Position numbers and translations under genes: made by a program. A stretch of DNA of 64,000 nt from an uncultured Cytophagia bacterium (GTDB lineage: Bacteria; Zhuqueibacterota; Zhuqueibacteria; Residuimicrobiales; Residuimicrobiaceae): assembly GCA_964541895.1 (NCBI GenBank), contig CAZISM010000008.1, forward strand, positions 13,920-77,919. The letters run 5' to 3'. The notes under the pieces are model-generated. The model was not told the origin of the DNA, searched no databases, and worked only from the letters and a program-made list of their open reading frames with translations. Below are positions 27,001 through 34,567 of this stretch, piece by piece; position 1 is the stretch's first letter; each line of letters opens with the position of its first letter.

Positions 27001-28608
27001 TACCAGAAATTCGCCGATACGTGGGCCGGTCAGGATCTGCCGGACATGGAGGCAAATCGCCGGATCGTAGCGCAGAAAGAGATCAACGATGCGGCGGTGG
27101 TGCTCTCCGAGCACGCCGCCGGCGTCTACCGCCAGGCCATCAAGGGCCTGCAGCGGCTGCGCGACAGCTACTACCAGAATTTGACCATGAGCATCGTGGA
27201 CTCGCTTCAGCGTCGTACGACGGTGCAGCAGGATACCATCCTGCGCATCGCCGACCGCTGGGTGGAGCGATCCAGAGAACGGCTGACCGAAGTGTATTAC
27301 AGTATGGGCGATCTCCGTTTTGAATCCGCGCGCATGGTGCAGGAGGCGCCGGTGCCACGGGGACTGAACGATCTGCAGCAACTGGTGTATCGTAAACAAC
27401 TGCTGCAGATCGGTACGGTGCCGCTGCTGAAGCAGGCGTTTGAAGAGCACAGCCGAAACGTGACCGTCGCGGATTCGATGAACTATGCTTCGACCTGGGT
27501 GGAGCTGTCCAGACAAAAGCTCGTCACCATCCACACCGCTGTGCCGGCCAGCTATACCAAACTGGCCCTGGACGGCCTGACGACGATCGCGGATAAATTT
27601 ATCGGCTATTCCAATCTCATTTACAGCGGTCGCTCCCTCGACGACCTGCTCGACGATCTGGCCGGCCACGGCCGGGATTTGGCCAACATGGTCGACTTTT
27701 GTCATGCCATCATGGACAGCGCCATCGTCGGTTACCATCATTCGATCGCTTCGGCCGGTCAGTGGCGGGCATCGCCGGAATCCATTGCAGCGGTGCAGGA
27801 TTCCCTCATGGAGCGCATACTGGATTTTTCGGCGCTCTGCGATTCGCTGGCTATGAACGCCAAAGGCAGAGCCAATATGGCGCGGCAGCGCTTCCTGGCC
27901 ACTCAGGATCCGGTGCTGGAGGAAGGGCTCTTTACCTTTGAGAGCAACTATTTCAGCTTGCGAAAGGCGAACAAAGAGGTGCTGGAGCGAGGTTATAACC
28001 TCGGCCGGGAGCTGGCGACCAATAGTCGCCACGACCAGCTGGTGCTGCTGCGGCTGGTGGCCCTGGATCCCGATACCTATGCCGCTCAGGCCGGCTTGAC
28101 CATCAGCGAAATGACGGTGGCGACCGATACAACCTGGCGGGCGGCTTCCACCTATTTTGAAGGTTGGACCGGAATCGGTTTCGATGCCTCCAGCTGGGCC
28201 ACAGCCGGCAAGGCCGACAGCAGTATCGCCGGCGCGGTCTGGCTCTACGAACCGTCGGCTGACACCACGGCTATCGCTGTCGTTCCGGTGACGCGGCTCT
28301 ATATGCGGCTCTATTTTAGCGTCCCCGGTTTGCCGGTCTCCTGCCGGCTGAACTACCAGGCGCCCCATCATGTCAGTTTTTACCTTAACGGGGAATCGAT
28401 CAAGCGAGTCAAAGCCGGCGAGCCGCAGGAGCCTGTTGATATGACCGATGTCATCAGCAGCGGCGGCAATCTGTGGGCCATGGAGGTGGTGCAGGCCGAA
28501 GGCTCAGCGCCGGGAATAGCCACTCAGATCGTGGTGCGCTATGTGCCGGGATGGGAGGAAAAAGTAAAGAGTCTAAATGTTCAGGCTGCCAGCGGCCGGA
28601 ATCCGTAG
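24088..28608 (+). CDS. very large secreted TPR repeat protein (about 1495-1506 aa) with YbgF/CpoB-like TPRs and a non-TPR beta-rich C-terminal domain
   Basis: Alternative start at 24124 (MKLCTLSRSAILYGVLLTAAV signal peptide). More than 15 TPR-like units (YPKSPLRPDALMRIGEYYFN, YPEAPVAPSVQNRIVQCH, FPDSPRIVEAYYLRGRRLYE...). The C-terminal ~170 aa (about nt 28100-28608) is a non-repeat domain. Confidence 0.65.
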   Translation: MLRARTKRYENRMKLCTLSRSAILYGVLLTAAVIEPLPLQAQAPSLPDSALAFLVQRDSVLNTFSLEELERFRNYYTREITRLQNERLELRKRGIRDGELFLARKPQSKNGDKIVMRLAELYYEQAQDDFQIEMQEYDRLYALFERGQLAQPPKEPRKNINKALELYVTVVEKYANGDLVDDAFFNIGFLLEEAGHADSARTYYEKVIADYPKSPLRPDALMRIGEYYFNPPMNLVEKAIEYFERILPFIESPRYNEALYRLGWCYYRINNYPKAISFFTLLADDVQKTRPYDPMQKYTNPSLMDESVEYIGLSFLDYGGPDRAAEYLTRIGGRAYGVNVLRRIGDAYFNEKEDYPNALKAYALLLQLYPEAPVAPSVQNRIVQCHRRLEDQTSAFLAREKLYNSYRDGTSWWDKNSDKEARKRALVYVESALRDNITVLLNRGQETNQLEFFNQAVLQSRRYLATFPTDSSAALIHWNMALTLDTKLKQTAQAFDEYIEISNLYWESRYQRFAAANAVAMARDAAVSAIAAAEQAARRSISLADLQKETKNPQGVKFREKMKLEPNELTLEETRLAQAYDNYIKLFPHDKETPIFLANAGALYYRRYQFKEALRYFNTLLRHFPGSEEFAQARYAIMESYFGKADFRSSEIIARRILISDAPEEVKSRAQRRLAESIYLSAEMLAEENKHLDAGNEYRRVVREAPNSAFADLALFNAALEYDKAGEFNRAIETYTSLLATQPQSAYGLDAQNNLAFDYAELRDYRNAALTYERLANNQPDTLKARDALFNASLYFSRAEDWESAIKTNRTFLKRYPRDEHADEAAFDIAVFYRRLNHFDKSEEAFLDFVKDFPDSPRIVEAYYLRGRRLYETGDRKAARLEFQHAVAASQQLEKRNLDRNDFYAAESEFDLAGLLFDESDRLQFKLPLADLNRNKQRKKELLLEIIHHLSACAAYGTPRVYEATYQVGLAYQKFADTWAGQDLPDMEANRRIVAQKEINDAAVVLSEHAAGVYRQAIKGLQRLRDSYYQNLTMSIVDSLQRRTTVQQDTILRIADRWVERSRERLTEVYYSMGDLRFESARMVQEAPVPRGLNDLQQLVYRKQLLQIGTVPLLKQAFEEHSRNVTVADSMNYASTWVELSRQKLVTIHTAVPASYTKLALDGLTTIADKFIGYSNLIYSGRSLDDLLDDLAGHGRDLANMVDFCHAIMDSAIVGYHHSIASAGQWRASPESIAAVQDSLMERILDFSALCDSLAMNAKGRANMARQRFLATQDPVLEEGLFTFESNYFSLRKANKEVLERGYNLGRELATNSRHDQLVLLRLVALDPDTYAAQAGLTISEMTVATDTTWRAASTYFEGWTGIGFDASSWATAGKADSSIAGAVWLYEPSADTTAIAVVPVTRLYMRLYFSVPGLPVSCRLNYQAPHHVSFYLNGESIKRVKAGEPQEPVDMTDVISSGGNLWAMEVVQAEGSAPGIATQIVVRYVPGWEEKVKSLNVQAASGRNP

Positions 28609-28641
28609 GGCAAGGCAGGTCAGGCGTTCAGCCAGGAGGTC

Positions 28642-28992
28642 GTGGTGCAAAAAAGATGGATGGTTATCTGTGTGGTCGCCGTTTGCGGGGTTCTGGGCGC
28701 CCAGGAAAAGGCGCCGCCGGCGGATTCAACGCATACCGCGGCCGCAGACTCGAGTGCCATCAAAGAGGTCTCGCTTGAAGATATCCACATTGATGCCGTG
28801 GTGGAAAAACCGGCGGTAACTCTGATTCCACGGCGGATTCCGCCGGAAATGGGCGATGCGCCGGAGATGAACCGTTCCTTTGATCGCGAGCTTAAACAGC
28901 GGCCGTCGTTCCTGAACGAGCTGGGCCGGGAAATGGAAAGCGGTCAGCGCCTGCAGACGGATAAAAAAAATCTTGCGAAAGAAAAGAAATAA
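28642..28992 (+). CDS. small secreted protein (about 116 aa), unknown function
   Basis: AGGAGG at 28634-28639 then a GTG start (28642/28645). N-terminus KRWMVICVVAVCGVLGAQE looks like a signal peptide, with a charged C-terminal tail. Lies between the giant TPR gene and tolQ. Confidence 0.4.
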   Translation: MVQKRWMVICVVAVCGVLGAQEKAPPADSTHTAAADSSAIKEVSLEDIHIDAVVEKPAVTLIPRRIPPEMGDAPEMNRSFDRELKQRPSFLNELGREMESGQRLQTDKKNLAKEKK

Positions 28993-29061
28993 AGATATAT
29001 TTATTTTTATTAACTGTTTTGTGCCACGAGGTCGTTGAAGGTATAGTCGTTGGGAGGTTCC

Positions 29062-29712
29062 ATGGCTGAACTGATTCGTAACTTTAGTCCGGATGTGGCC
29101 GGATATTTCTATATGTGGGCGTTGCTGGTCCCCATGATTTTCGCCGTCGCCATTGCCGTCGAGCGCGGGATCTATATTTTGCACCGCAGCGACATCAACG
29201 CGGAAAAATTCATGGCGGAAATCCGCAAACTGGTCACCGCAGGCAAAATGGAAGATGCGGTGAACCTGTGTGATCGCGCCAAGGACCGCGCCCTCCCCAA
29301 AGTGGTGGCCAGTGGCCTGCGCGCGGTGTTGAACAAGCAGCAGGTGGATTTTCGCACCATCCAGAACTCGGTGGACGAGGGCATGCTGGAGATCATTCCC
29401 AAACTGCAGGCGCGGACCAATTATCTGGCCATGTTGGCGAACATCGCGACGCTGCTGGGACTGCTGGGCACGATCTATGGTCTGATCATCGCCTTCCGTT
29501 CCATATCGGCGCCTGGTATCGATGCCTCGGAAAAAGCCCGTTTGCTGGCCGCCGGCATTTCTACGGCCATGAACACCACCCTGGTGGGTTTGTTCATCGC
29601 CATCCCAACCATATTTATGTATACCTTTCTAACCAATCGCACCAACAAGATCATCGACGAGATCGATGAACATATGGTAAAGCTCATTAACCTGCTGACC
29701 GGGAATCGTTAA
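29062..29712 (+). CDS. MotA/TolQ/ExbB family proton channel
   Basis: ATG at 29062 5 nt after GGGAGG (track start at 29050 is TTG). Three TM helices with the conserved C-terminal ...AAGISTAMNTTLVGLFIAIP... pattern. Confidence 0.85.
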   Translation: MAELIRNFSPDVAGYFYMWALLVPMIFAVAIAVERGIYILHRSDINAEKFMAEIRKLVTAGKMEDAVNLCDRAKDRALPKVVASGLRAVLNKQQVDFRTIQNSVDEGMLEIIPKLQARTNYLAMLANIATLLGLLGTIYGLIIAFRSISAPGIDASEKARLLAAGISTAMNTTLVGLFIAIPTIFMYTFLTNRTNKIIDEIDEHMVKLINLLTGNR

Positions 29713-29714
29713 GC

Positions 29715-30251
29715 ATGGCGTATAAACCGTCCAAACGGCGTCACCTGGAAGTCGAACAGATTGAACTTAATCTGTTTCCGGTGATGAACATGATGGTGGT
29801 GCTGATCCCGCTGTTGCTTTCCACCACCCAGTTTGTCAAATATGGTATTATCGAGCTCAACCTGCCGCGGGCGGCAGGGGGGCCGGTCAGCCAGACCACT
29901 CTGGCCAAAGAGAGCCAACTCAGTCTGGATTTGACCGTATCGATCACCAAGAGCGGTTTTTATATTTCCAGCTCGCAGGCGGTTTTGCGCGACCCTGCGA
30001 GCGGCGGGCCGACCATCGCGAAATTGGCGGATGACCGCTACGACTTTCAGGCGTTGAACCAAAAATTGTACGAGCTCAAACAGCGCATTGTCAAATCGTC
30101 GCTGGACACACGTCGGATCATCATTCAGGCGGAAATGAACATCGATTATCAGACTCTGGTGGACACGATGGATGCCGCGCGCAGCATCAAGATCGATAAT
30201 GTCGGGTACGAGCTTTTTCCTGAAGTGGTGATCAGCGCCGGCATTGTCTAG
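29715..30251 (+). CDS. biopolymer transporter ExbD/TolR (copy 1)
   Basis: KRRHLEVEQIELNLFPVMNMMVVLIPLLL N-terminal TM with the conserved Asp-region pattern, periplasmic domain follows. Start is 3 nt after the TolQ stop. Confidence 0.8.
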   Translation: MAYKPSKRRHLEVEQIELNLFPVMNMMVVLIPLLLSTTQFVKYGIIELNLPRAAGGPVSQTTLAKESQLSLDLTVSITKSGFYISSSQAVLRDPASGGPTIAKLADDRYDFQALNQKLYELKQRIVKSSLDTRRIIIQAEMNIDYQTLVDTMDAARSIKIDNVGYELFPEVVISAGIV

Positions 30252-30364
30252 CCGGATCGCGCCGTCCATTCAGTGATCGTTGGACTTTTCTCCATGTTTC
30301 GCCGACGTCGGCACAGGTGGTGCGGGCGAAACCATGGATCAAGACTTTAATCGGGTAATAGCGT

Positions 30365-30862
30365 ATGGCGTTTATCCCTTCACGAATCAAGCGCCACAAT
30401 ACCGGTGCGGCACCCAAAGTGGGTTTAAATTTGACCTCCATGATGGACATGTTTACCATCATTCTGGTGTTTTTGATCAAAACCTTCAGCACCGAAGGAC
30501 TGCTGTTGCATCCTTCGCAGGATTTGACGTTGCCCAAGTCCACGTCGGACAAGAGCCCGGAGGTGGCTCTGGATGTAACGGTGTCCCGTGAATGGATCAT
30601 GGTGAATGAAAAACCGGTCGAAAAACTGAGCAATGTGGTGAGCAGCAACGATTTGTTGATACCTCGCCTTTATGATGCGTTACAGAACTACTCCAAAGAA
30701 GCAAAACGCATGGAAGAGCAATATGGCATAAAGTTCACCGGCAAGGTAACCATTCAGGGTGATCAGAAATTGCCTTTCAGCACTTTGCTCAAGGTGATGG
30801 CCACCTGCGGGCGTTCGGAATATCCGAACATGCGCCTGGTGGTGTATCAGCGGGGAGGATAG
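30365..30862 (+). CDS. biopolymer transporter ExbD/TolR (copy 2)
   Basis: GLNLTSMMDMFTIILVFLI TM with the conserved Asp, ExbD-length (165 aa). Confidence 0.75.
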   Translation: MAFIPSRIKRHNTGAAPKVGLNLTSMMDMFTIILVFLIKTFSTEGLLLHPSQDLTLPKSTSDKSPEVALDVTVSREWIMVNEKPVEKLSNVVSSNDLLIPRLYDALQNYSKEAKRMEEQYGIKFTGKVTIQGDQKLPFSTLLKVMATCGRSEYPNMRLVVYQRGG

Positions 30863-31024
30863 CGGGGCTGCGCCGGCTTTGACGGAAGCCGAACGGCCAT
30901 GGGATGAAGGGTATATCGCGGTGATCCGGAGGGAGCCGCATCATAATCAAAGGAGCGGTATACGGTCGCAACACTGCCACAAGAGTATTACAGAAAACCA
31001 TTTGACCAGCTTGAGCGCGAGTTT

Positions 31025-32122
31025 ATGCTCATTCTGCTGGCTTCGTTCGTCCTGCATTTCAGCATTGTAGTCTTTTTTTTACTGAATCCGCCGGCGACGT
31101 CGGTGCCCGAATCCGCCATTCGCCAGATTCAGCAGCGGTATGCCAATCTGGTCCTGGATCAGGAAGAACAATCGGTTCGAATCGCCAATCAGTTGATCGA
31201 TAATATGGGCGGCAAAGAAACCCGCAAGCGCATTGCGGCGCCGGCGCGGCGCCGTGGCGCCGCGTCGCCGCAGGCAGGAGCCCGTCCGGCCGTTGACGAG
31301 CCCGCCCCAGCCGGCGAAGAGGTTTCAAGCCGTGAATCGACAGAGCGCCCAGCCCCGGCCTCCACTCTGGTCTTGCCGGCCGGCCCCACGAGCGGCGCTG
31401 TGCAGCAGGCGGAACAACAGATAGCCGGACAGGGTTTGTTGGGCATCCTGGCCAGCAACAGTCCGCAGGCCGGCCATGATCAGACCGTGCAGGATGTTCT
31501 GGGTCGCGGTGGCAAGGTCGGCCAGACCTCTGATCAGGTTTTTCAGAACATCGACCGACTGGCCAGTTCCGGTGCTTCTACTCGCGCACCGGCCAAGGGA
31601 GGCAGCGGATCAGCCTCGGCGGATCCGTTGACGACCGCGCGCGGCAGCCGCACGACCAGCAGCGGCGCCCGTATCGACCAGGTGGTCTCCGATCTGCCGG
31701 GCCACGGCGGTTCCGGAGGCGGCGGTGTAGGCCAGGTGGTGACTCGTAAAGAAACCATTGAAAAGGCCGGATTGTCGCCGCTGACCGAAGAGGGCGATGA
31801 AATTAAATCCGGCGGCTCACTCACCGGTGCCCGTGATGTGGCGCAGGTGTCTGCCATTGTCTACGGCCACAGCCAGGCGATTCAGTACTGCTATGAACGG
31901 GAATTGAAGCGCAATCCGGATTTGAAAGGGAAAGTGGTGGTTCGTTTTACCATTTTGCCCAACGGCACGGTGGCCAACCCCGTAATAATCTCTTCGACGT
32001 TGCACAATGAGGATGTAGAGCGTTGCCTGCTGTCCCGCATCAGCCGCTGGGACGATTTCGGCGCCATTGATGAGCGTCTGGGCAACGCTACCTTTCGGCA
32101 GGTATACACCTTTGGTTTTTAA
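31025..32122 (+). CDS. TonB family energy transducer with a long Ala/Pro/Gly/Ser-rich linker
   Basis: N-terminal TM helix (LILLASFVLHFSIVVFFLL), about 180 aa of low-complexity linker, and a C-terminal GKVVVRFTILPNGTVANPVIISS...WDDF TonB_C-like fold pattern. No alternative in-frame start exists upstream (stop at 30944-30946). Confidence 0.7.
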   Translation: MLILLASFVLHFSIVVFFLLNPPATSVPESAIRQIQQRYANLVLDQEEQSVRIANQLIDNMGGKETRKRIAAPARRRGAASPQAGARPAVDEPAPAGEEVSSRESTERPAPASTLVLPAGPTSGAVQQAEQQIAGQGLLGILASNSPQAGHDQTVQDVLGRGGKVGQTSDQVFQNIDRLASSGASTRAPAKGGSGSASADPLTTARGSRTTSSGARIDQVVSDLPGHGGSGGGGVGQVVTRKETIEKAGLSPLTEEGDEIKSGGSLTGARDVAQVSAIVYGHSQAIQYCYERELKRNPDLKGKVVVRFTILPNGTVANPVIISSTLHNEDVERCLLSRISRWDDFGAIDERLGNATFRQVYTFGF

Positions 32123-32237
32123 GCCGGCCTGGCTGTCCGGCCTTTTCTAGTTTATCGCATGGGGCGAGCGTCGCGCCTATCCGACCTGGTATCGGCTGAT
32201 CCCGGTTGACCCAATAGACAAGTGGTCGTAAGCAACC

Positions 32238-32266
32238 TGTCAGGTGGCCCCACCTGACTTTTTATT
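32238..32266 (+). terminator. rho-independent terminator after the TonB-like gene
   Basis: GTCAGGTGG-cc-CCACCTGAC hairpin followed by TTTTTATTT. Confidence 0.55.
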
Positions 32267-32289
32267 TATAAACAGGATGAGAATTGACT

Positions 32290-34050
32290 ATGAGGTGGAA
32301 ACGAACACATACGTGCGGGGAACTGCGCAAAGAGCGGCATGACGAGTCCGTCGTCCTGATGGGTTGGGTCGATCGGCGCCGTGATCACGGCAGTCTGATC
32401 TTTATCGATCTGCGGGACCGCTATGGCATTACGCAGATCCGGATTGATCCCGACAGCCCCGCTTATGAGGAGGGCAAGTCGCTGCGCAGCGAATATGTAG
32501 TGGCGGTCAAAGGCCGGGTGACGCTGCGTCCCGAAGGCATGATCAACAGCAAGCTGCTAACCGGAGACGTTGAACTGGCCGCCGACGAGATTGAGATTCT
32601 GAACACGGCCAAAACGCCGCCGTTTCCCATGAGCGGTGAGTCCAACGTATCTGAGGACCTGCGCCTGAAATATCGCTACCTGGATTTGCGACGGCCGGAC
32701 ATGCAGCACCATCTGCTGATCCGTCATCAGGTGGCGCAGATCGCTCGCCGCTATCTGTCGTCGAGAAACTTTCTCGAGATCGAAACGCCATTCTTGATGA
32801 AAAGCACACCCGAAGGCGCCCGTGATTATCTGGTTCCCAGTCGCGTCTGGAAGGGCCGTTTTTATGCGCTGCCGCAATCGCCGCAGACCTATAAGCAACT
32901 GCTCATGATCGCCGGTTACGACCGCTATTTCCAGATCGCCCGCTGTTTTCGCGATGAGGATCTGCGCGCCGACCGGCAGCCGGAATTTTCCCAGATCGAC
33001 GTCGAAATGTCCTTCATCGACGAAGAGGAGATCATGACTATGGTGGAAGGACTGGTGGAAACGATATTCCGCGAGATCCTCGACGTCCCCATCACGCTGC
33101 CGCTGCCGCGCATCCCCTACGACGAGGCCATGGCCATGTACGGCAGCGACAAGCCGGATCTGCGCTTCGGCATGACCATTCACGATATCAGCGATGTGGT
33201 TCGCGACAGCGACTTTCGCGTTTTTAGGGAAACCCTGGCCAAAGGCGGCCTGGTGGCAGGCATCTGTGCCGTCGGCTGCGGTCACTATTCCAGAAAGCAG
33301 ATTGATACCCTGACCGAATGGCTGAAAAACCGCGGCGCCTCCGGATTGGTGGCGATCAAGGTCAAGGGCGACGACTGGGACAGCTCTCTGAACAAATTCT
33401 TCAGCGACGGGGTGCGCAAGCAGGTGGTGCAGCGTTTTCAGGCCGGTGACGGCGATCTGCTGCTGATCGTGGCTGACCGGCGTGATACCGCGCTGACCCT
33501 GGCCGGCGCGTTGCGACTGGAAATCGCCGAACAGCTGCATCTGATCGATGAGAGCCGGCTGGGACTGGCCTGGATCGTCGATTTTCCGCTTTTCGAGTAC
33601 AGCGAGGAAGAAAAGCGCTACGTGGCCCGCCACCATCCCTTTACCTCGGCCAAACCCGATCAGCTCGATCTCATAACCTCCCGACCGGCCGAGGTTAAGG
33701 CGCGTGCCTATGACCTGGTCATGAGGGGGATGGAGATAGCCGGCGGCAGCATCCGAATTTATGACACCGAAACGCAGAAAAAGATGTTTCAGGCGCTGGG
33801 CATTGATGAGGCCGAGGCGCAGGAAAAATTCAGCCACCTGCTGGAAGCGCTGGCTTACGGCGCGCCGCCCCACGGCGGCATCGCTTTTGGCTTTGACCGC
33901 CTGGTGATGATTCTGGCCGGTTGCCAGTCGATTCGTGAGGTCATCGCCTTTCCCAAGACCGCCAGCGCCATGTCCTTGATGGACAACTGCCCGTCCGTGG
34001 TGCAGCCGCATCAATTGGAGGAGTTGGGCATCACCATCAGAGAATCCTGA
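32290..34050 (+). CDS. aspS: aspartate--tRNA ligase
   Basis: MRWKRTHTCGELRKERHDESVVLMGWVDRRRDHGSLIFIDLRDRYGITQ aligns with the AspRS N-terminus, with class II motifs downstream (FYALPQSPQ, GGSIRIY, GAPPHGGIAFGFDRLVM). The track starts at TTG 32284; ATG 32290 is preferred. Confidence 0.95.
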   Translation: MRWKRTHTCGELRKERHDESVVLMGWVDRRRDHGSLIFIDLRDRYGITQIRIDPDSPAYEEGKSLRSEYVVAVKGRVTLRPEGMINSKLLTGDVELAADEIEILNTAKTPPFPMSGESNVSEDLRLKYRYLDLRRPDMQHHLLIRHQVAQIARRYLSSRNFLEIETPFLMKSTPEGARDYLVPSRVWKGRFYALPQSPQTYKQLLMIAGYDRYFQIARCFRDEDLRADRQPEFSQIDVEMSFIDEEEIMTMVEGLVETIFREILDVPITLPLPRIPYDEAMAMYGSDKPDLRFGMTIHDISDVVRDSDFRVFRETLAKGGLVAGICAVGCGHYSRKQIDTLTEWLKNRGASGLVAIKVKGDDWDSSLNKFFSDGVRKQVVQRFQAGDGDLLLIVADRRDTALTLAGALRLEIAEQLHLIDESRLGLAWIVDFPLFEYSEEEKRYVARHHPFTSAKPDQLDLITSRPAEVKARAYDLVMRGMEIAGGSIRIYDTETQKKMFQALGIDEAEAQEKFSHLLEALAYGAPPHGGIAFGFDRLVMILAGCQSIREVIAFPKTASAMSLMDNCPSVVQPHQLEELGITIRES

Positions 34051-34092
34051 CATCTTTTTAACAAAAATGAGGGTATGTAAATACGAATATTC

Positions 34093-34121
34093 TTGACAAT
34101 TACCCAATTTTTTATTAAAAT
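34093..34121 (+). promoter_or_regulatory. sigma70-like promoter TTGACA-N17-TAAAAT
   Basis: -35 TTGACA at 34093-34098, 17-nt spacer, -10 TAAAAT at 34116-34121. It lies in an AT-rich intergenic region upstream of the lipoprotein/LysM gene pair, predicting a TSS near 34128. Confidence 0.4.
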
Positions 34122-34256
34122 GGACCAATGACATATACCGTTCATTCATACGGTGTAGGAAGTCTGAATGAACTTTTATTGGGGAATTACAAGTTTACAC
34201 ATACACCGTATAGGAAGAAGGTAGCAATCGTTCACGTGAAAGGAGGTGTAGCCTTG

Positions 34257-34529
34257 ATGAAGAAACTCTCCAACACCTACGTACGGTTAGCCGTATTTCT
34301 GGTAGTGATGGTCTCTCTCGTAGTCGTCGGCTGTAGCCGCGGACCAAACGAGAAGCAGCTGAAAGCTCTGGAGGATCAGAGAGCGGCCACGTTAGCCGCT
34401 GAGCAGAAGGCCTCTGACTGTGCAGGAGAAAAAGCCAAGATCGAAAAGCAGTTAGCAGAGCAGAAACAAAAGCTCGAGGCGATGAAACAGGAAAAAGTCG
34501 CCGTGGAAAAGAGATTGGCGTCGATGTAA
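34257..34529 (+). CDS. small coiled-coil lipoprotein (about 90 aa)
   Basis: ATG at 34257 preceded by AAGGAGGTG. MKKLSNTYVRLAVFLVVMVSLVVVGCS carries a lipobox, followed by heptad-rich QLKALEDQRAATLAAEQ...KQKLEAMKQEKVAVEKRL. The track ORF 34128..34529 is a spurious 5' extension through the leader. Confidence 0.5.
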   Translation: MKKLSNTYVRLAVFLVVMVSLVVVGCSRGPNEKQLKALEDQRAATLAAEQKASDCAGEKAKIEKQLAEQKQKLEAMKQEKVAVEKRLASM

Positions 34530-34567
34530 TCTAACATGTCTGAACTAAACCTTTCGGAGGGAAGCAA

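Noticed and set aside
32557-34149. 530-aa minus-strand ORF
   Set aside because: It is antisense to aspS, whose + frame carries unmistakable class II aaRS motifs.
34228-34243. parS-like palindrome TCGTTCACGTGAAAGG
   Set aside because: It is only about 12/16 matches to the TGTTTCACGTGAAACA consensus, lies 22 kb from parAB and inside a 5' leader. The central CACGTG is a common palindrome. No better parS was seen near parB.
34128-34256. 5' extension of track ORF 34128..34529 (MTYTVHSYGV...)
   Set aside because: It runs through the predicted leader hairpin and repeat. The ATG at 34257 has a near-perfect RBS (AAGGAGGTG) and starts a classic lipoprotein signal peptide.
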